This document shows, in pieces, positions 1-10,817 of a stretch of 64,000 nucleotides of DNA. The notes beneath the pieces are model-generated. The model had not been told where the DNA came from. It ran no database searches and saw only the letters and a list, made by a program, of their open reading frames with translations. Source of the DNA: a virus (taxonomy: Duplodnaviria; Caudoviricetes); the IMG/VR virus record IMGVR_UViG_3300011337_000669; one strand, written 5' to 3'. The number at the start of each line of letters is the position of its first letter. Within the stretch, counting starts at the first letter, position 1. The translations under genes and the position numbers were made by a program.

Positions 1-130
1 GATATTATGTAAACGTAATAGAAATAGAACCAGTTATTAAACAGTTATCAGATTTAAGTGAACAATTTAACAATAGATTAAAATTCTATAAACCAGGAAC
101 ATCTCCTGAAGGGTTTGTAATTAACCTACA

Positions 131-859
131 ATGATAAAATTCGTAGTTTGCGTTTGGAACGCAGAAAAATATATAAAAAATTGTATCAGAACTTTGAAGT
201 CCCAACAAGATAGGGATTTCAAAGTTTTTATCATTGATGATGTATCTACAGATAATACCGTAGAAATAACTAAATCATTAATTGTAGATGATAATAGATT
301 CCATTTAATAGTTAACTCAGAGAAAAAATTTAAGTTAAAAAATTTAGATGAATTAATACCAACATTTGAAGATAATGATATTATAATTGAATTAGATGGG
401 GACGATTTTTTACTTAATTCAGAAGTTGTTTCTGACATCCGTAAAATTTATTCAGATGGTAAAGTTTGGTTAACTAATGGTTCCTTTATGTATTCTAATG
501 GCAATCCAGGATTTTCAAGTAAATGTAATCCTGATACAGTTCGTAAGGATGTCTTTAGATTTTCTCACCTAAGGACTTGGAAAACCTTCTTATGGAAATC
601 CATTCCAAAAAATTATCTTAAAGATGATAATGGAGAATATTTCAAGTCAGCAGCTGATGTCGCATATACCTTTTCACTTTTAGAATTAGCAGGAGAAGAA
701 AATTATAGATTTTTACCTAAACTATATTACGTTTATAATGAACAATCTCCATATAATGATCACAAACCAGGAAGCGCAACTGGAGGGGGGCATCGAGAAC
801 AAGAAAGATGTTCAAACATAATACGTAATAAACCAAAATTAAATAAATTAATTAGATGA
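131..859 (+). CDS. Glycosyltransferase family 2 (GT-A fold)
   Basis: N-terminal FVVCVWNAEKYIKNCIRTLKSQ...IIDDVSTD and DGDD (DxD) motifs typical of GT2. Confidence 0.85.
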   Translation: MIKFVVCVWNAEKYIKNCIRTLKSQQDRDFKVFIIDDVSTDNTVEITKSLIVDDNRFHLIVNSEKKFKLKNLDELIPTFEDNDIIIELDGDDFLLNSEVVSDIRKIYSDGKVWLTNGSFMYSNGNPGFSSKCNPDTVRKDVFRFSHLRTWKTFLWKSIPKNYLKDDNGEYFKSAADVAYTFSLLELAGEENYRFLPKLYYVYNEQSPYNDHKPGSATGGGHREQERCSNIIRNKPKLNKLIR

Positions 860-1665
860 GTAACTTAATATCATGTAATTTAATGGGTGGATTAGGAAAT
901 CAAATTTTTCAAGCGGCGCACGCTATAGCTCAAGGAATTACACATAATCGCGAAGTGGTTTTTGTTCCTAGATCTTGGACTCCCATGCAGGGAAGACAAA
1001 CACAAAACTATATTAATAATATTTTCCGTAATCTAAAGTTTGTTGACAACATAGATGGATTTGAAAAAGTAATGGAAGGACCTTGGGAGTTTAGTGAAGT
1101 ATTCGTTAAAAATCACGATACCGTATTTGACGGATATTTCCAAAGTTCCAAAAATTTTTTAGGACATGATGATAGAATTAGAAATATATTCTCACCAACT
1201 GAAGAATTCATTAGTGAAATGATGGATAAACATCCTGAATTACATCAAGAAAAAACGTTGTCAGTTCACATCCGAAGAGGTGACCTATTTATGAATCCTG
1301 ACATCCACCCAATAGCAAATGAAAAATATGTTGAAAAAGCATTAAAAGAAATTGGAGAATATTCTCATGTGTTTGTTTTCAGTGATGATAAAGAATGGGT
1401 TAAAGAAAATTTAAAGTTTGAAAATGTAACATATGTTGATGATGTTGATTACAAAGAAATGTGGTTAATGTCCTTGTGTAAAAATAACATTATTGTAAAT
1501 TCTACTTTCTCATGGTGGGGAAGTTTCTTAAATAAGAACCCTAATAAAAAAGTAATTGCGCCATCGATTTGGTTTGGTCCCAGAGGTCCAAGAAATTATA
1601 AAGATATATACGAGCCAAACTGGACTGTATTAAAAGTAAATTATGAAGACGGATGGTTAAACTAA
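856..1665 (+). CDS. Alpha-1,2-fucosyltransferase-like protein (GT11)
   Basis: GGLGNQIFQ, DGYFQS, SVHIRRGD and NSTFSWWG motifs characteristic of GT11. Confidence 0.9.
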   Translation: MSNLISCNLMGGLGNQIFQAAHAIAQGITHNREVVFVPRSWTPMQGRQTQNYINNIFRNLKFVDNIDGFEKVMEGPWEFSEVFVKNHDTVFDGYFQSSKNFLGHDDRIRNIFSPTEEFISEMMDKHPELHQEKTLSVHIRRGDLFMNPDIHPIANEKYVEKALKEIGEYSHVFVFSDDKEWVKENLKFENVTYVDDVDYKEMWLMSLCKNNIIVNSTFSWWGSFLNKNPNKKVIAPSIWFGPRGPRNYKDIYEPNWTVLKVNYEDGWLN

Positions 1666-2471
1666 ACATGTTATCAAGAAATTTCGCACACGACAAAGGG
1701 TCAACTGCGAACAAAGCTCCAGTTCATATTGAATGGTGTTTTAATAGTTATGAAAATCCAATATCAGTTTATTTGGATAATGATTTGTTTAAAGGAATTG
1801 AAGACCACAAAGTTGATAATGGTACTAAGAAAAAATTTCTTTGGGTTATTGAATCAAGAAAGTTTGATGGTGGTGCTGTAGACAATATTAAAAATAATTT
1901 AGATTCAGTATTAGAAACATTTGAACAAATTTGGACACATAATGATGAATTATTATCATTACATCCAAAATTCAAATGGACACCATCATATGGTGTTTAC
2001 ATTAAAGAATTTGGAATTTATCCAAAAAATAAGATGTCTTCAATGATTACGTCTAATAAAAGATGGACTCGTCAACATGAAATCAGACATGATTTTGCCA
2101 TGGCAAACCAAGATAAAATCGATGTTTTTGGTAGAGGAATTAATGAAATACCCAATAAAGAAATAGGATTAAAAGATTATATGTTTTCATTTGCAGTTGA
2201 AAATGATACTTATGACACTTATTTCACTGAAAAGATTTTGGATTGTTTCGCAACAGGAACTATCCCTGTTTATATGGGTACAAAAAAAGTTGTAGAATAT
2301 TTCAACCCTGAGGGAATAATTTTCTTTGATGGTACTTTCGATTTATCGTTACTAACTGAAGAATTATACCAATCAAAAATGGATGCGATAAAAGACAACT
2401 ACGACAGAGTACAAAAGTACAGTGTTTTGGATGATTGGATTTTTGAAAACTATTTAATAGATTATGTCTAA
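1653..2471 (+). CDS. GT10-like (fucosyltransferase-like) glycosyltransferase
   Basis: YMFSFAVEN..DTYFTEKILDCFATGTIPVYMG resembles the GT10 donor-binding motif. Confidence 0.7.
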   Translation: MVKLNMLSRNFAHDKGSTANKAPVHIEWCFNSYENPISVYLDNDLFKGIEDHKVDNGTKKKFLWVIESRKFDGGAVDNIKNNLDSVLETFEQIWTHNDELLSLHPKFKWTPSYGVYIKEFGIYPKNKMSSMITSNKRWTRQHEIRHDFAMANQDKIDVFGRGINEIPNKEIGLKDYMFSFAVENDTYDTYFTEKILDCFATGTIPVYMGTKKVVEYFNPEGIIFFDGTFDLSLLTEELYQSKMDAIKDNYDRVQKYSVLDDWIFENYLIDYV

Positions 2472-3168
2472 GATTTGTTTAATAAGACAACCTGCAGGTA
2501 TTGGTGATATTTTTTTTACCCAAAAAATTGCCAAAGATTATATCTCAAGAGGGTATACTGTTATATGGCCAGTGATTTCACAATTTGAATTCATTAAAGA
2601 TTATATTAAGGTAGATAACTTAATGTTTGTTAACGAAAATTCTGATTTCCCTCATAAAAATATCTATCATGAAGGTTATTCCAAACCAATGGTAATTAAT
2701 GTAAACGATGTTTACCTCCCAATTCAACATTTTGATAGACATCATAATGGATCTGTTATGCATGCAAAATACAAGTTAGTCGATATGGATTTTGGAGATT
2801 GGTTAGATTATTTTTCATTCGAACGAAATTTGGAACGTGAACAAAAACTAATCGACCATTTTGATGCAAACAACAAAGAATTTGTATTTGTTAACCGAAT
2901 GTTTGGTTCTCCACCAGATTCAAAACCATGTCCACATATGGGACAATTCGAAAATTCGATTGAAATGACTTATTTAGGATGGGACAATCTTTTTGATTGG
3001 ATTGGCTTATTGTTAAAGGCAAAGCATATCTACACAGTCGAAACTTCGATTCTATATATAATTAATAAATTAGGGTTAAAAAATGTTACGGTTTACTCAA
3101 GACATAACCCTCCGAGTTTTCATCAAGTAGAACATATGTTCGATAAAGATTTAACTTATATAAAATGA
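2464..3168 (+). CDS. Putative glycosyltransferase
   Basis: RQPAGIGDI N-terminus (GT-B-like GxGD); overlapping starts/stops within the glycosylation operon. Confidence 0.45.
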   Translation: MSKICLIRQPAGIGDIFFTQKIAKDYISRGYTVIWPVISQFEFIKDYIKVDNLMFVNENSDFPHKNIYHEGYSKPMVINVNDVYLPIQHFDRHHNGSVMHAKYKLVDMDFGDWLDYFSFERNLEREQKLIDHFDANNKEFVFVNRMFGSPPDSKPCPHMGQFENSIEMTYLGWDNLFDWIGLLLKAKHIYTVETSILYIINKLGLKNVTVYSRHNPPSFHQVEHMFDKDLTYIK

Positions 3169-3548
3169 TACACGTACCTGTTAGCGTTGGAGAATTGATT
3201 GATAAATTGTCAATCCTGCATGTAAAAAGCATCAAAATAACTAATGAAGAAAAATTAGTACTAGTTAATAAAGAATTTGAATTACTTTATAATTTATCAT
3301 CAGTTTATCTAAATTCTTCTGAAATTGAATTATTATATCATCAATTGTGTAATATAAATGAAAAACTATGGGATATTGAAGATGAATTACGAATATTAGA
3401 AACAAGAAAATCTTTTAATGTAGATTTTATAGAACTTGCAAGAGGCGTTTATTATACAAATGACGAAAGATTTAGAATAAAAAATGAAATAAACCAAATC
3501 ACCGATTCAGAAATTAGAGAGGTGAAAGAATATGTAAAATATAACTAA
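3165..3548 (+). CDS. DUF6165-like protein
   Basis: VPVSVGELIDKLSIL...N.KLWDIED.LR..E...F...FIELARGVY.TND.R..IK..IN pattern; family commonly beside glycosylation genes. Confidence 0.7.
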   Translation: MIHVPVSVGELIDKLSILHVKSIKITNEEKLVLVNKEFELLYNLSSVYLNSSEIELLYHQLCNINEKLWDIEDELRILETRKSFNVDFIELARGVYYTNDERFRIKNEINQITDSEIREVKEYVKYN

Positions 3549-3557
3549 ATATAGATA

Positions 3558-4430
3558 ATGGAAAAAATTTCAATTATTTGTGTAGTTAGAAATGACCAAT
3601 ATGGACTAAATCAAGTAGATAGAACTATCGGATTTCTTAAATCATTGAATGAAATTCCAAATAAACAAAGTTATGAAATAATTTTTGTCGAGTGGAACCC
3701 GTTACAAAATGACATAAGTTTTTACGAAAAATATTTGGATTACTTTCCGAATAATATTAATTATAAAATTGTAACAGTTTCTAAACAAACTCATGAATCT
3801 ATTTATAACCCACTTCAACTACCATTATTTGAATATTATGGAAAAAATGTAGGGGCTCGTCATACCTCAACAGATTTTTTTATTTTTACAAATCCTGATA
3901 ATATTTTCTTTCCACAAACTTGGATAGACATTGAATCATATATATCTGAAGATTATTTTATGAGACTATGTAGGTCTGACGTTAGATTTACAGATTCAAG
4001 TATAATTCATAATACAAAAGGAGTTGAGACTATAAAAAGTTTAATGCAAAATCATTTTCACTTTTATGAAACTCCTGCGTATCATTTAAATAAGGCCGAA
4101 TTTTACGAAGAAATGACTGAAGGATTTATTTGGGAAATAAATCATGAAGGAGCTTCTGGTGACTTTTTTGGTATTAGTAAGAAAAACTTCTATAAACTTA
4201 AAGGATATCGTGAATATTGGACATATGGAGTTTATGACGGATTAATTTGTCGAGACTCCAAAAAAATTGGATTGAACCAATTTATTCTACCAAAATATTC
4301 AGTACACATTGATCATTCAAGACCTCATCTTGGTTCCAAACAAATGACTGATTATAATATGGAGAATGTTAACGGAGAAGATTGGGGATTACATAATAAA
4401 AACGGAATTTCAGTAATGGAATTCATTTAA
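3558..4430 (+). CDS. GT-A-like protein (paralogue of 5107..5952)
   Basis: ISII..RND.YG start, KNVGARH, TNPD, SGDF and final WG motifs shared with 5107..5952. Confidence 0.5.
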   Translation: MEKISIICVVRNDQYGLNQVDRTIGFLKSLNEIPNKQSYEIIFVEWNPLQNDISFYEKYLDYFPNNINYKIVTVSKQTHESIYNPLQLPLFEYYGKNVGARHTSTDFFIFTNPDNIFFPQTWIDIESYISEDYFMRLCRSDVRFTDSSIIHNTKGVETIKSLMQNHFHFYETPAYHLNKAEFYEEMTEGFIWEINHEGASGDFFGISKKNFYKLKGYREYWTYGVYDGLICRDSKKIGLNQFILPKYSVHIDHSRPHLGSKQMTDYNMENVNGEDWGLHNKNGISVMEFI

Positions 4431-4441
4431 AACAAAAAAAA

Positions 4442-5107
4442 ATGAGTTTATTTGGGGCATTTTGGGATTTGGGACATGATAATGATCCGAACATTGTTGG
4501 AATCCAAAATTTTGGAAATGGACGTGGGTTATTTTATAATTTACAATGGCAACCGAGAGGGGTTCTACATATAGGAGCGTGGGACGCTTGGGAGGCGAAA
4601 CAATATGCCACTTTTTGTGGGAGTAATTGTGTATGGATAGAAGCTCATCCTAATTCATTTGAAAGATTCAGGAATGAAGTTGAAAAACATGGTCAAAAAA
4701 TATACAATTACGCAGCATGGAATGTCGATGATTTGGAACTTAATTTTTATTGTCCTCCATCAAATCAAGATTCCAGTTCTTTAATTGAACAACAAGGTAA
4801 TGTTATAAAAACAAAAACAATAACTATTAATACATTGTTCAATAGAGAAAATTTGAATTTTACCGATTATGATTTTTTAAATATTGATACTGAAGGGGCT
4901 GAATTACAAGTTTTAGAAGGAATTGATGATAATATAAAAAACTTTGAATTTATTATCATTGAGGTAAGTGATTTAGGATCAGATTTCGATAAATCCATCA
5001 ATAAAATATTAGAAGAAAAAGGTTTTGTATGGATTAAAGATAGTACACATCACATTAGTTCAGTTAATGGTAAATCTTTTTGTGATAAACTTTATAAAAA
5101 AAGATAA
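4442..5107 (+). CDS. FkbM-family SAM-dependent methyltransferase
   Basis: VLHIGAWD motif I and DFLNIDTEGAELQVLEG. Confidence 0.8.
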   Translation: MSLFGAFWDLGHDNDPNIVGIQNFGNGRGLFYNLQWQPRGVLHIGAWDAWEAKQYATFCGSNCVWIEAHPNSFERFRNEVEKHGQKIYNYAAWNVDDLELNFYCPPSNQDSSSLIEQQGNVIKTKTITINTLFNRENLNFTDYDFLNIDTEGAELQVLEGIDDNIKNFEFIIIEVSDLGSDFDKSINKILEEKGFVWIKDSTHHISSVNGKSFCDKLYKKR

Positions 5108-5952
5108 TGAGAGAAAAAATTTCAGTAGTTATAATTGGAAAAAATGATAACTATGGTGGTGATTTGATACATCGATTAACTCATTGTTTAAATGTTTTAA
5201 CACAATCATTCGAAGAAATTATTTACGTTGATTGGAAATCGAACGGAAAAACTTTGATAGAAGAAGTTATTGAAAATATTGTGAGGAGAGATAAGATTAA
5301 ATCTTACATTGTTACTGAGCAAGATATAGAAAATAATAATCCTGAATATATTAATTACTCAATTGTTGAGGTAATTGCAAGAAATATCGGAATTAGACGA
5401 TCGACAAATGAATGGATATTGGTGACTAACGTTGACGTTTTAATCGAAGAGTTTGAGTTATCGGAATTTAATAAGCACACACTCTACACATCCGCAAGAA
5501 TTGATATCCCACAAGAAGTTCATATCAAATATAATGATTCAATGGAATTACTAAATTTCATTAAAGAAAATAAAAACAAATTCAAAATGCAACCTGATGC
5601 TGTTATTGACGGAAAGTCAGTTTGGGATTCAGGTGACGTATGGTCTTTGGTTGTGGGCTGTGGTGATTTTCAATTTGCACATAAAGATGTATGGTATGGT
5701 ATTAGGGGTTTTGAAGAGTCATTTGGTGGTAGATGTTATGCCGATTCTAATTTGATGAAGAAAGGTTCTTTATATTTTGATATTAAAAAGGCTGAAGTTA
5801 CACTATATCATTTAAATCACGGGACTAATAAAAATTCATTACCCAATGAAATATTACCAATGAACGATAGACTTGTTTGTGTTAATAATTTTACGGAAAC
5901 ATCAAATTCGGAAAATTGGGGATGGGGTAACTATGACTTAAAAAAATTATAA
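5107..5952 (+). CDS. GT-A-like protein
   Basis: ISVVIIGKNDNYGG, YVDW, ARNIGIRR, TNVD, CGDFQ motifs. Confidence 0.5.
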   Translation: MREKISVVIIGKNDNYGGDLIHRLTHCLNVLTQSFEEIIYVDWKSNGKTLIEEVIENIVRRDKIKSYIVTEQDIENNNPEYINYSIVEVIARNIGIRRSTNEWILVTNVDVLIEEFELSEFNKHTLYTSARIDIPQEVHIKYNDSMELLNFIKENKNKFKMQPDAVIDGKSVWDSGDVWSLVVGCGDFQFAHKDVWYGIRGFEESFGGRCYADSNLMKKGSLYFDIKKAEVTLYHLNHGTNKNSLPNEILPMNDRLVCVNNFTETSNSENWGWGNYDLKKL

Positions 5953-5965
5953 AAAATAAATTAAT

Positions 5966-6562
5966 ATGTACGGAGAACAAATGTATAAAGAATGGTTGTC
6001 GGAAATACCATCAGAATTAAATATTGTAATAGATATTGGTAGCAATTACGGAGAGTTTATAAATCTTTTAAGTAATAAAAAAATTAAAGAGTTACATTAT
6101 TTTGAACCAGATATTGATAATTTTTCCAAGTGTTCCGAACTTATGTCTAAGTTTAATTTTACTCATGGTCATAATTATGGAATTTTTTATGGTACGAAAG
6201 AATCTAAAGTGCAGGGGGTTGGAGACAATAATGATGGAGGATATATGGTTTCTGAAATTGATGATGAATTTAAAGATGAAATTTGGGGAGATAAAATAGT
6301 GACATATGATGGTAAAATATTCAAGCTTGAAACTCTTGAATATTTCTTACATCAACCTGTAGATCTCGTCAAATTAGATGTTGAAGCATCTGAATACAAT
6401 ATATTAGAAAACTCCGAACTAATAAAACAATCGAAATATATTTTTGTTGAGTGGCATAATAAACCGATGTCTTTTGTCCATAGTTTCATTAACAAACATC
6501 TTCCAATGTATGAAAAATACAAAGAACATGAACAGCATACTTTTTTGAAATTAAAGATATGA
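5966..6562 (+). CDS. FkbM-family methyltransferase
   Basis: VIDIGSNYG, YFEPD, DLVKLDVEASEY, IFVEWH. Confidence 0.75.
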   Translation: MYGEQMYKEWLSEIPSELNIVIDIGSNYGEFINLLSNKKIKELHYFEPDIDNFSKCSELMSKFNFTHGHNYGIFYGTKESKVQGVGDNNDGGYMVSEIDDEFKDEIWGDKIVTYDGKIFKLETLEYFLHQPVDLVKLDVEASEYNILENSELIKQSKYIFVEWHNKPMSFVHSFINKHLPMYEKYKEHEQHTFLKLKI

Positions 6563-7167
6563 AGTTAAATTTAGATTATACTAACGACCCGAGATGGGGA
6601 AAAATGTCGGACATACATAAAAAATCATTACCGATACCAAGTGTGTTCGTGAGTATTCTTTATCAGTACCAAGATAAAATACCTAACTTGAATGAAGTAA
6701 ATTTTGCGATTGAGACAGGGACGTACGATGCGAGTACTTCTGTAATTTTGGCGGAACATTTTGATGTTGTATTCACAGTGGAATTATTTCCTGACCGTAA
6801 CCCATATGATGGAAAAAGTTATAGAGAAATTTATAAAGAACTTTCAGAAAAATATGGTAACCTTACTTTCTTAGAAGGTAATTCAAGTGATGTATTAAAA
6901 TCAGTTTTAGAAGAATTACCTGATGAAAGATTCTTAATCCTATTGGATGCTCACAGTATGTTAGATGGTCCATTAAAAGAAGAATTAGGGGCTATTAAGG
7001 AGGCAAGTAACCGTACTGATCATGTAATGTTAATTGACGACTGTAGAGACTTAGGTCAAGGAAATTTCCCAACACTACAAGAGTTTAAAGACTCATTATA
7101 TAACATTAACCCTAATTATACAATCATAAACACAATGGAAGGTAACCACGTTTATTTAGTTTATTAA
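6559..7167 (+). CDS. SAM-dependent methyltransferase-like protein
   Basis: AIETGT motif I, LEGNS, ILLDAH, LIDD. Confidence 0.55.
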   Translation: MKLNLDYTNDPRWGKMSDIHKKSLPIPSVFVSILYQYQDKIPNLNEVNFAIETGTYDASTSVILAEHFDVVFTVELFPDRNPYDGKSYREIYKELSEKYGNLTFLEGNSSDVLKSVLEELPDERFLILLDAHSMLDGPLKEELGAIKEASNRTDHVMLIDDCRDLGQGNFPTLQEFKDSLYNINPNYTIINTMEGNHVYLVY

Positions 7168-7168
7168 T

Positions 7169-8104
7169 ATGAAAAAATTTATTATAACAACAACAATCAA
7201 TAGTCCAACAGAAGCAACTATAAAATTCTGTAAGATTGCAGATAAAAAGGATTTTCAATTTGTTATCGTTGGTGATACCAAAACTCCACATGATGAGTAT
7301 CATGAATTGGAAGAACAATATGAAAACGTAATTTATCTTACTCCTGAAATACAATCGGAATTGTATCCTGAGTTGTCCGAAATTATCGGATGGAAGACCA
7401 TTCAAAGACGTAATATTGGTTTTGTTTATGCATATGAAAATGGAGCTGAAATTGTCGCCACAGTCGATGATGATAATATACCTTATGAATTCTGGGGTGA
7501 TAACATATTACTGGGTCAAGAAATTGAAGTGGATGAATATGAAAACTTGTCATGTCCTTACTTTGATGCAATTTCCACAACAGAACATAATGATTTATGG
7601 CATAGAGGATTTCCAATTGAATATCTACAAGTAAAAAATAATATAGAATATAAAGGAAAAACTAAAATCACACCTTTAGTTCAAGCGGAGTTTTGGGATG
7701 GAGATCCAGATATAGATGCAATTTGTAGATTAAGTAAAAAACCTATCGTCAAATTCAAATCTTTTGACCCTTTCACAACAAAACAATTAACTCCATTCAA
7801 CTCACAGAACACATTCCTACACAGAAGTATCCTTAAGTATTATTCAGTATTTCCATACACAGGAAGAATGGATGACATTTGGGGATCATATGTAATGCAA
7901 CACTATTTTCCAAATTCAGTGATTTTTGCAAAAGCTTCTGTTTATCAAGCAAGAAATCCACAAGATCTTGTAAAAAATTTGGAGAACGAAGTGATTGGTT
8001 ACAGAGGTACATTAAACCTTATTGATAACATCGAAAAATTTAGGGATTTACTTCCTACTAAAACTGTCGAATATTTTGACATATATCAAAAATACTTTAA
8101 CTAA
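7169..8104 (+). CDS. STELLO/DUF288-like glycosyltransferase-related protein
   Basis: IITTTIN, VGDTKTP, RRNIGF, DDDN, WHRGFP, DGDPDIDAI, PFNSQNT, GRMDDIW. Confidence 0.7.
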   Translation: MKKFIITTTINSPTEATIKFCKIADKKDFQFVIVGDTKTPHDEYHELEEQYENVIYLTPEIQSELYPELSEIIGWKTIQRRNIGFVYAYENGAEIVATVDDDNIPYEFWGDNILLGQEIEVDEYENLSCPYFDAISTTEHNDLWHRGFPIEYLQVKNNIEYKGKTKITPLVQAEFWDGDPDIDAICRLSKKPIVKFKSFDPFTTKQLTPFNSQNTFLHRSILKYYSVFPYTGRMDDIWGSYVMQHYFPNSVIFAKASVYQARNPQDLVKNLENEVIGYRGTLNLIDNIEKFRDLLPTKTVEYFDIYQKYFN

Positions 8105-9198
8105 TGAAAAAAATTGTAGTATTAGGTGGTGGAGGGTTCATAGGTGGACACCTTGCCAAAAGATTAAAAGAAGAAGGAAATCATGTACGAGTATGTGATA
8201 TTAAAAAACACGAATACTTCTTCCAAGACGAATTCTGTCATGAATTTATATTAGGTGACTTAACAGACCCCAAAGTTGTAGAATTAGTAATCGAAGAGGG
8301 TGTTGATGAAGTTTATCAACTCGCGGCAGATATGGGAGGAGCGTTATACATTTTTACCGGAGAACACGACGCAGATGTAATGTACAACTCAGCGACCATT
8401 AATCTTAATGTCGCTCGTGAAGCGGTAAAGAAAAAAGTCGGTAAACTATTTTACTCATCTTCAGCATGTATGTATCCCGAACACAATCAGATGGACCCTG
8501 ACAATCCAAATTGTGAAGAATCCTCGGCTTATCCTGCTAATCCTGATTCTGAGTATGGATGGGAAAAATTATTCTCTGAAAGATTATACTTGGCGTTTAG
8601 TAGAAACTATAAATTGAATGTTAGAATTGCAAGATTCCACAACATATTTGGACCACAAGGTACATGGAATGGAGGTAGAGAAAAATCACCTGCGGCTATG
8701 TGTCGAAAAGCTGTCGAAACTGAAAATGGTGGAGAAATTGAAGTTTGGGGTAATGGTTTACAAACTCGTTCTTTCTTGTATGTTGATGAATGTGTTGAAG
8801 CAGTACTTAGATTAATGGAATCCGATTTTGAAGGTCCTGTGAATATTGGTAGTGAGGAAATGGTTACAATCAATCAGTTAGCTGAAATGGCAATTGAAAT
8901 ATCTGAAAAAGATATCAATATCAAAAATATTGAAGGTGTAGAATTTACTAAGAAGTATGGTTTCAAGTGTCCATTGGGGGTTAAAGGGAGAAATTCTGAT
9001 AATAAATTATACCGAGAAAAAATTGGATGGGAAGTAAGTCAACCTTTATCAGTAGGTTTGAAAAAAACTTACCAATGGATAAAATCACAAGTTGATAAAA
9101 AAAACAATGAAACTTTGTGGATTTATGAAAGTCCTGATGGGGGAGATACAGTTTATAAAAGAGAGTCAGGAAATATAGATAGACATAAAGTTAAATAA
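8104..9198 (+). CDS. GDP-mannose 3,5-epimerase-like extended SDR
   Basis: GGGGFIG Rossmann motif, LAADMGG, SSSACMYP (catalytic Cys), YGWEK, GGREKSPAAMCRK (catalytic Lys), VRGRNSDN-like VKGRNSDN. Confidence 0.9.
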   Translation: MKKIVVLGGGGFIGGHLAKRLKEEGNHVRVCDIKKHEYFFQDEFCHEFILGDLTDPKVVELVIEEGVDEVYQLAADMGGALYIFTGEHDADVMYNSATINLNVAREAVKKKVGKLFYSSSACMYPEHNQMDPDNPNCEESSAYPANPDSEYGWEKLFSERLYLAFSRNYKLNVRIARFHNIFGPQGTWNGGREKSPAAMCRKAVETENGGEIEVWGNGLQTRSFLYVDECVEAVLRLMESDFEGPVNIGSEEMVTINQLAEMAIEISEKDINIKNIEGVEFTKKYGFKCPLGVKGRNSDNKLYREKIGWEVSQPLSVGLKKTYQWIKSQVDKKNNETLWIYESPDGGDTVYKRESGNIDRHKVK

Positions 9199-9204
9199 TT
9201 AACA

Positions 9205-9939
9205 ATGGGTAGATTAACAAAACCAAAACCAACTGCAACTTTACCAAGTGAAGAAGCTCCGATTAAAAATAAAAAACAACAAATTTGTTCAATAATTAAA
9301 CGAAAAACCAAAGAAAAATTTTTAACTGAAAGTCAAAAGGAATACTATGAAAAATTAGTAAACAATCAGATTAGTATTTGTTCAGGTCCGGCCGGTGTTG
9401 GAAAAAGTTATATCGCTATGAAATGTGCGGTCGATTTATTATCTGACCCTAATACACCTTATGAAAAAATTATAATTGTAAGACCTGCAGTTGAGGCTGA
9501 AGAAAAATTAGGTAGTTTACCTGGTGGTGTTGAAGAAAAACTTGACCCATATATTTTTCCATCATATTATCTATTGAATAAAATAATTGGTAAAGATAAT
9601 AGAGAAAAATTAAAGGAAATTGAGTCAATAGAGGTATTTGCATTGGCATACATGAGGGGTATGAATATTGACAACTCAATTTTGATTTTTGAGGAAGCTC
9701 AAAATTCGACACCAAGTCAAATGAAATTGCTATTAACTAGAATAGGATTTAACTCAAAATTTTTTATATCAGGAGATTTGGAACAATTTGATAGACACAA
9801 AGACAAAACACAAACTGGTCTTTGGGATGCTCTTAAGAAATTTCAAAATATGAATGATATTGGTGTTTTTGAATTCAAGTCTACAGATATTGTTAGAAAT
9901 CCATTAATATCTAAAATATTAGAAAAATACGAAGAATGA
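9205..9939 (+). CDS. phoH: PhoH-family ATPase
   Basis: GPAGVGKS Walker A, IVRPAVE, LAYMRG, EEAQN, LLTRIG, GDLEQ.D, DIVRNP. Confidence 0.95.
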   Translation: MGRLTKPKPTATLPSEEAPIKNKKQQICSIIKRKTKEKFLTESQKEYYEKLVNNQISICSGPAGVGKSYIAMKCAVDLLSDPNTPYEKIIIVRPAVEAEEKLGSLPGGVEEKLDPYIFPSYYLLNKIIGKDNREKLKEIESIEVFALAYMRGMNIDNSILIFEEAQNSTPSQMKLLLTRIGFNSKFFISGDLEQFDRHKDKTQTGLWDALKKFQNMNDIGVFEFKSTDIVRNPLISKILEKYEE

Positions 9940-10535
9940 GAATTGGGATTGAGTTGAATGGAGTTTTAAGGGACACTCTTAAAAAAATACAACAAGAGTA
10001 TGAAAAATGGTATCTAAATAATCCATTCAAAGAAGAAAGTGACGAAGATGATTTCAAATATGAGGTTTTATCTGACCTAACTACATTAAACATTTCAAAT
10101 CATTTGAAATTTAGGTGTGAAGATGAATTGTATGATTTTCTATATAAAGAACACACTATGGAAATTTTCGGGCATGCGGGTTCCGTGGAACCTTCAGGTC
10201 TTGTAGAATTAAATGAATTTTACTTAGACCTGAGAGAATCTCATGACATTATTATTGTTTCGGATGAAATAGGTAAATCAAAACCTGCATCATTATTTTT
10301 CATTTCTAAGTTTGGTTGTTTAGTTGAAACTGTAAAATTTTATAGTGAAAGTACAATTAATTCATTGTGGGATTCTGTAGACATTTTACTTACCGCTAAT
10401 CCTAAACTATTATTGGATTATCCAAAAAACAAAATGGTAATTAAATTCAATACAATATATAACGAAGACATTGAATCCGATTTGAATATTTCAAGTCTTA
10501 AGGAGTTAAAAACAAAAATACAAGAAATAGCATGA
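9936..10535 (+). CDS. HAD-like (5'-deoxyribonucleotidase-like) protein with degenerate catalytic motif
   Basis: MRIGIELNGVLRD aligns to IxIDxDGVLxD with both Asp replaced. Confidence 0.45.
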   Translation: MRIGIELNGVLRDTLKKIQQEYEKWYLNNPFKEESDEDDFKYEVLSDLTTLNISNHLKFRCEDELYDFLYKEHTMEIFGHAGSVEPSGLVELNEFYLDLRESHDIIIVSDEIGKSKPASLFFISKFGCLVETVKFYSESTINSLWDSVDILLTANPKLLLDYPKNKMVIKFNTIYNEDIESDLNISSLKELKTKIQEIA

Positions 10536-10816
10536 TACAAGTATTAGGAGAAAATTATTTTATCGACTTAGATGAAATTGAAAGTTATCTTGATATGAGC
10601 CAGAGTGAAGATTCCTCTGATTCAGAATCAGGAGTAACAGAAACAAAAATTAACATTATTAAATTTGAAATGGTTAAGTTGTTGTTAGACACGGTCCTTA
10701 CCGAGCAAGAAGTCGTAGATGAAAAGCTTGGTATGAAGTCAAACTCTAATGTAAGTATACCATTCAAAATCGCGTTTAATAGTTTATTAAATAAAAAACT
10801 TATCAATCATTATTAA
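10532..10816 (+). CDS. Hypothetical protein
   Basis: Operonic ORF with overlapping start/stop. Confidence 0.7.
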   Translation: MIQVLGENYFIDLDEIESYLDMSQSEDSSDSESGVTETKINIIKFEMVKLLLDTVLTEQEVVDEKLGMKSNSNVSIPFKIAFNSLLNKKLINHY

Positions 10817-10817
10817 T

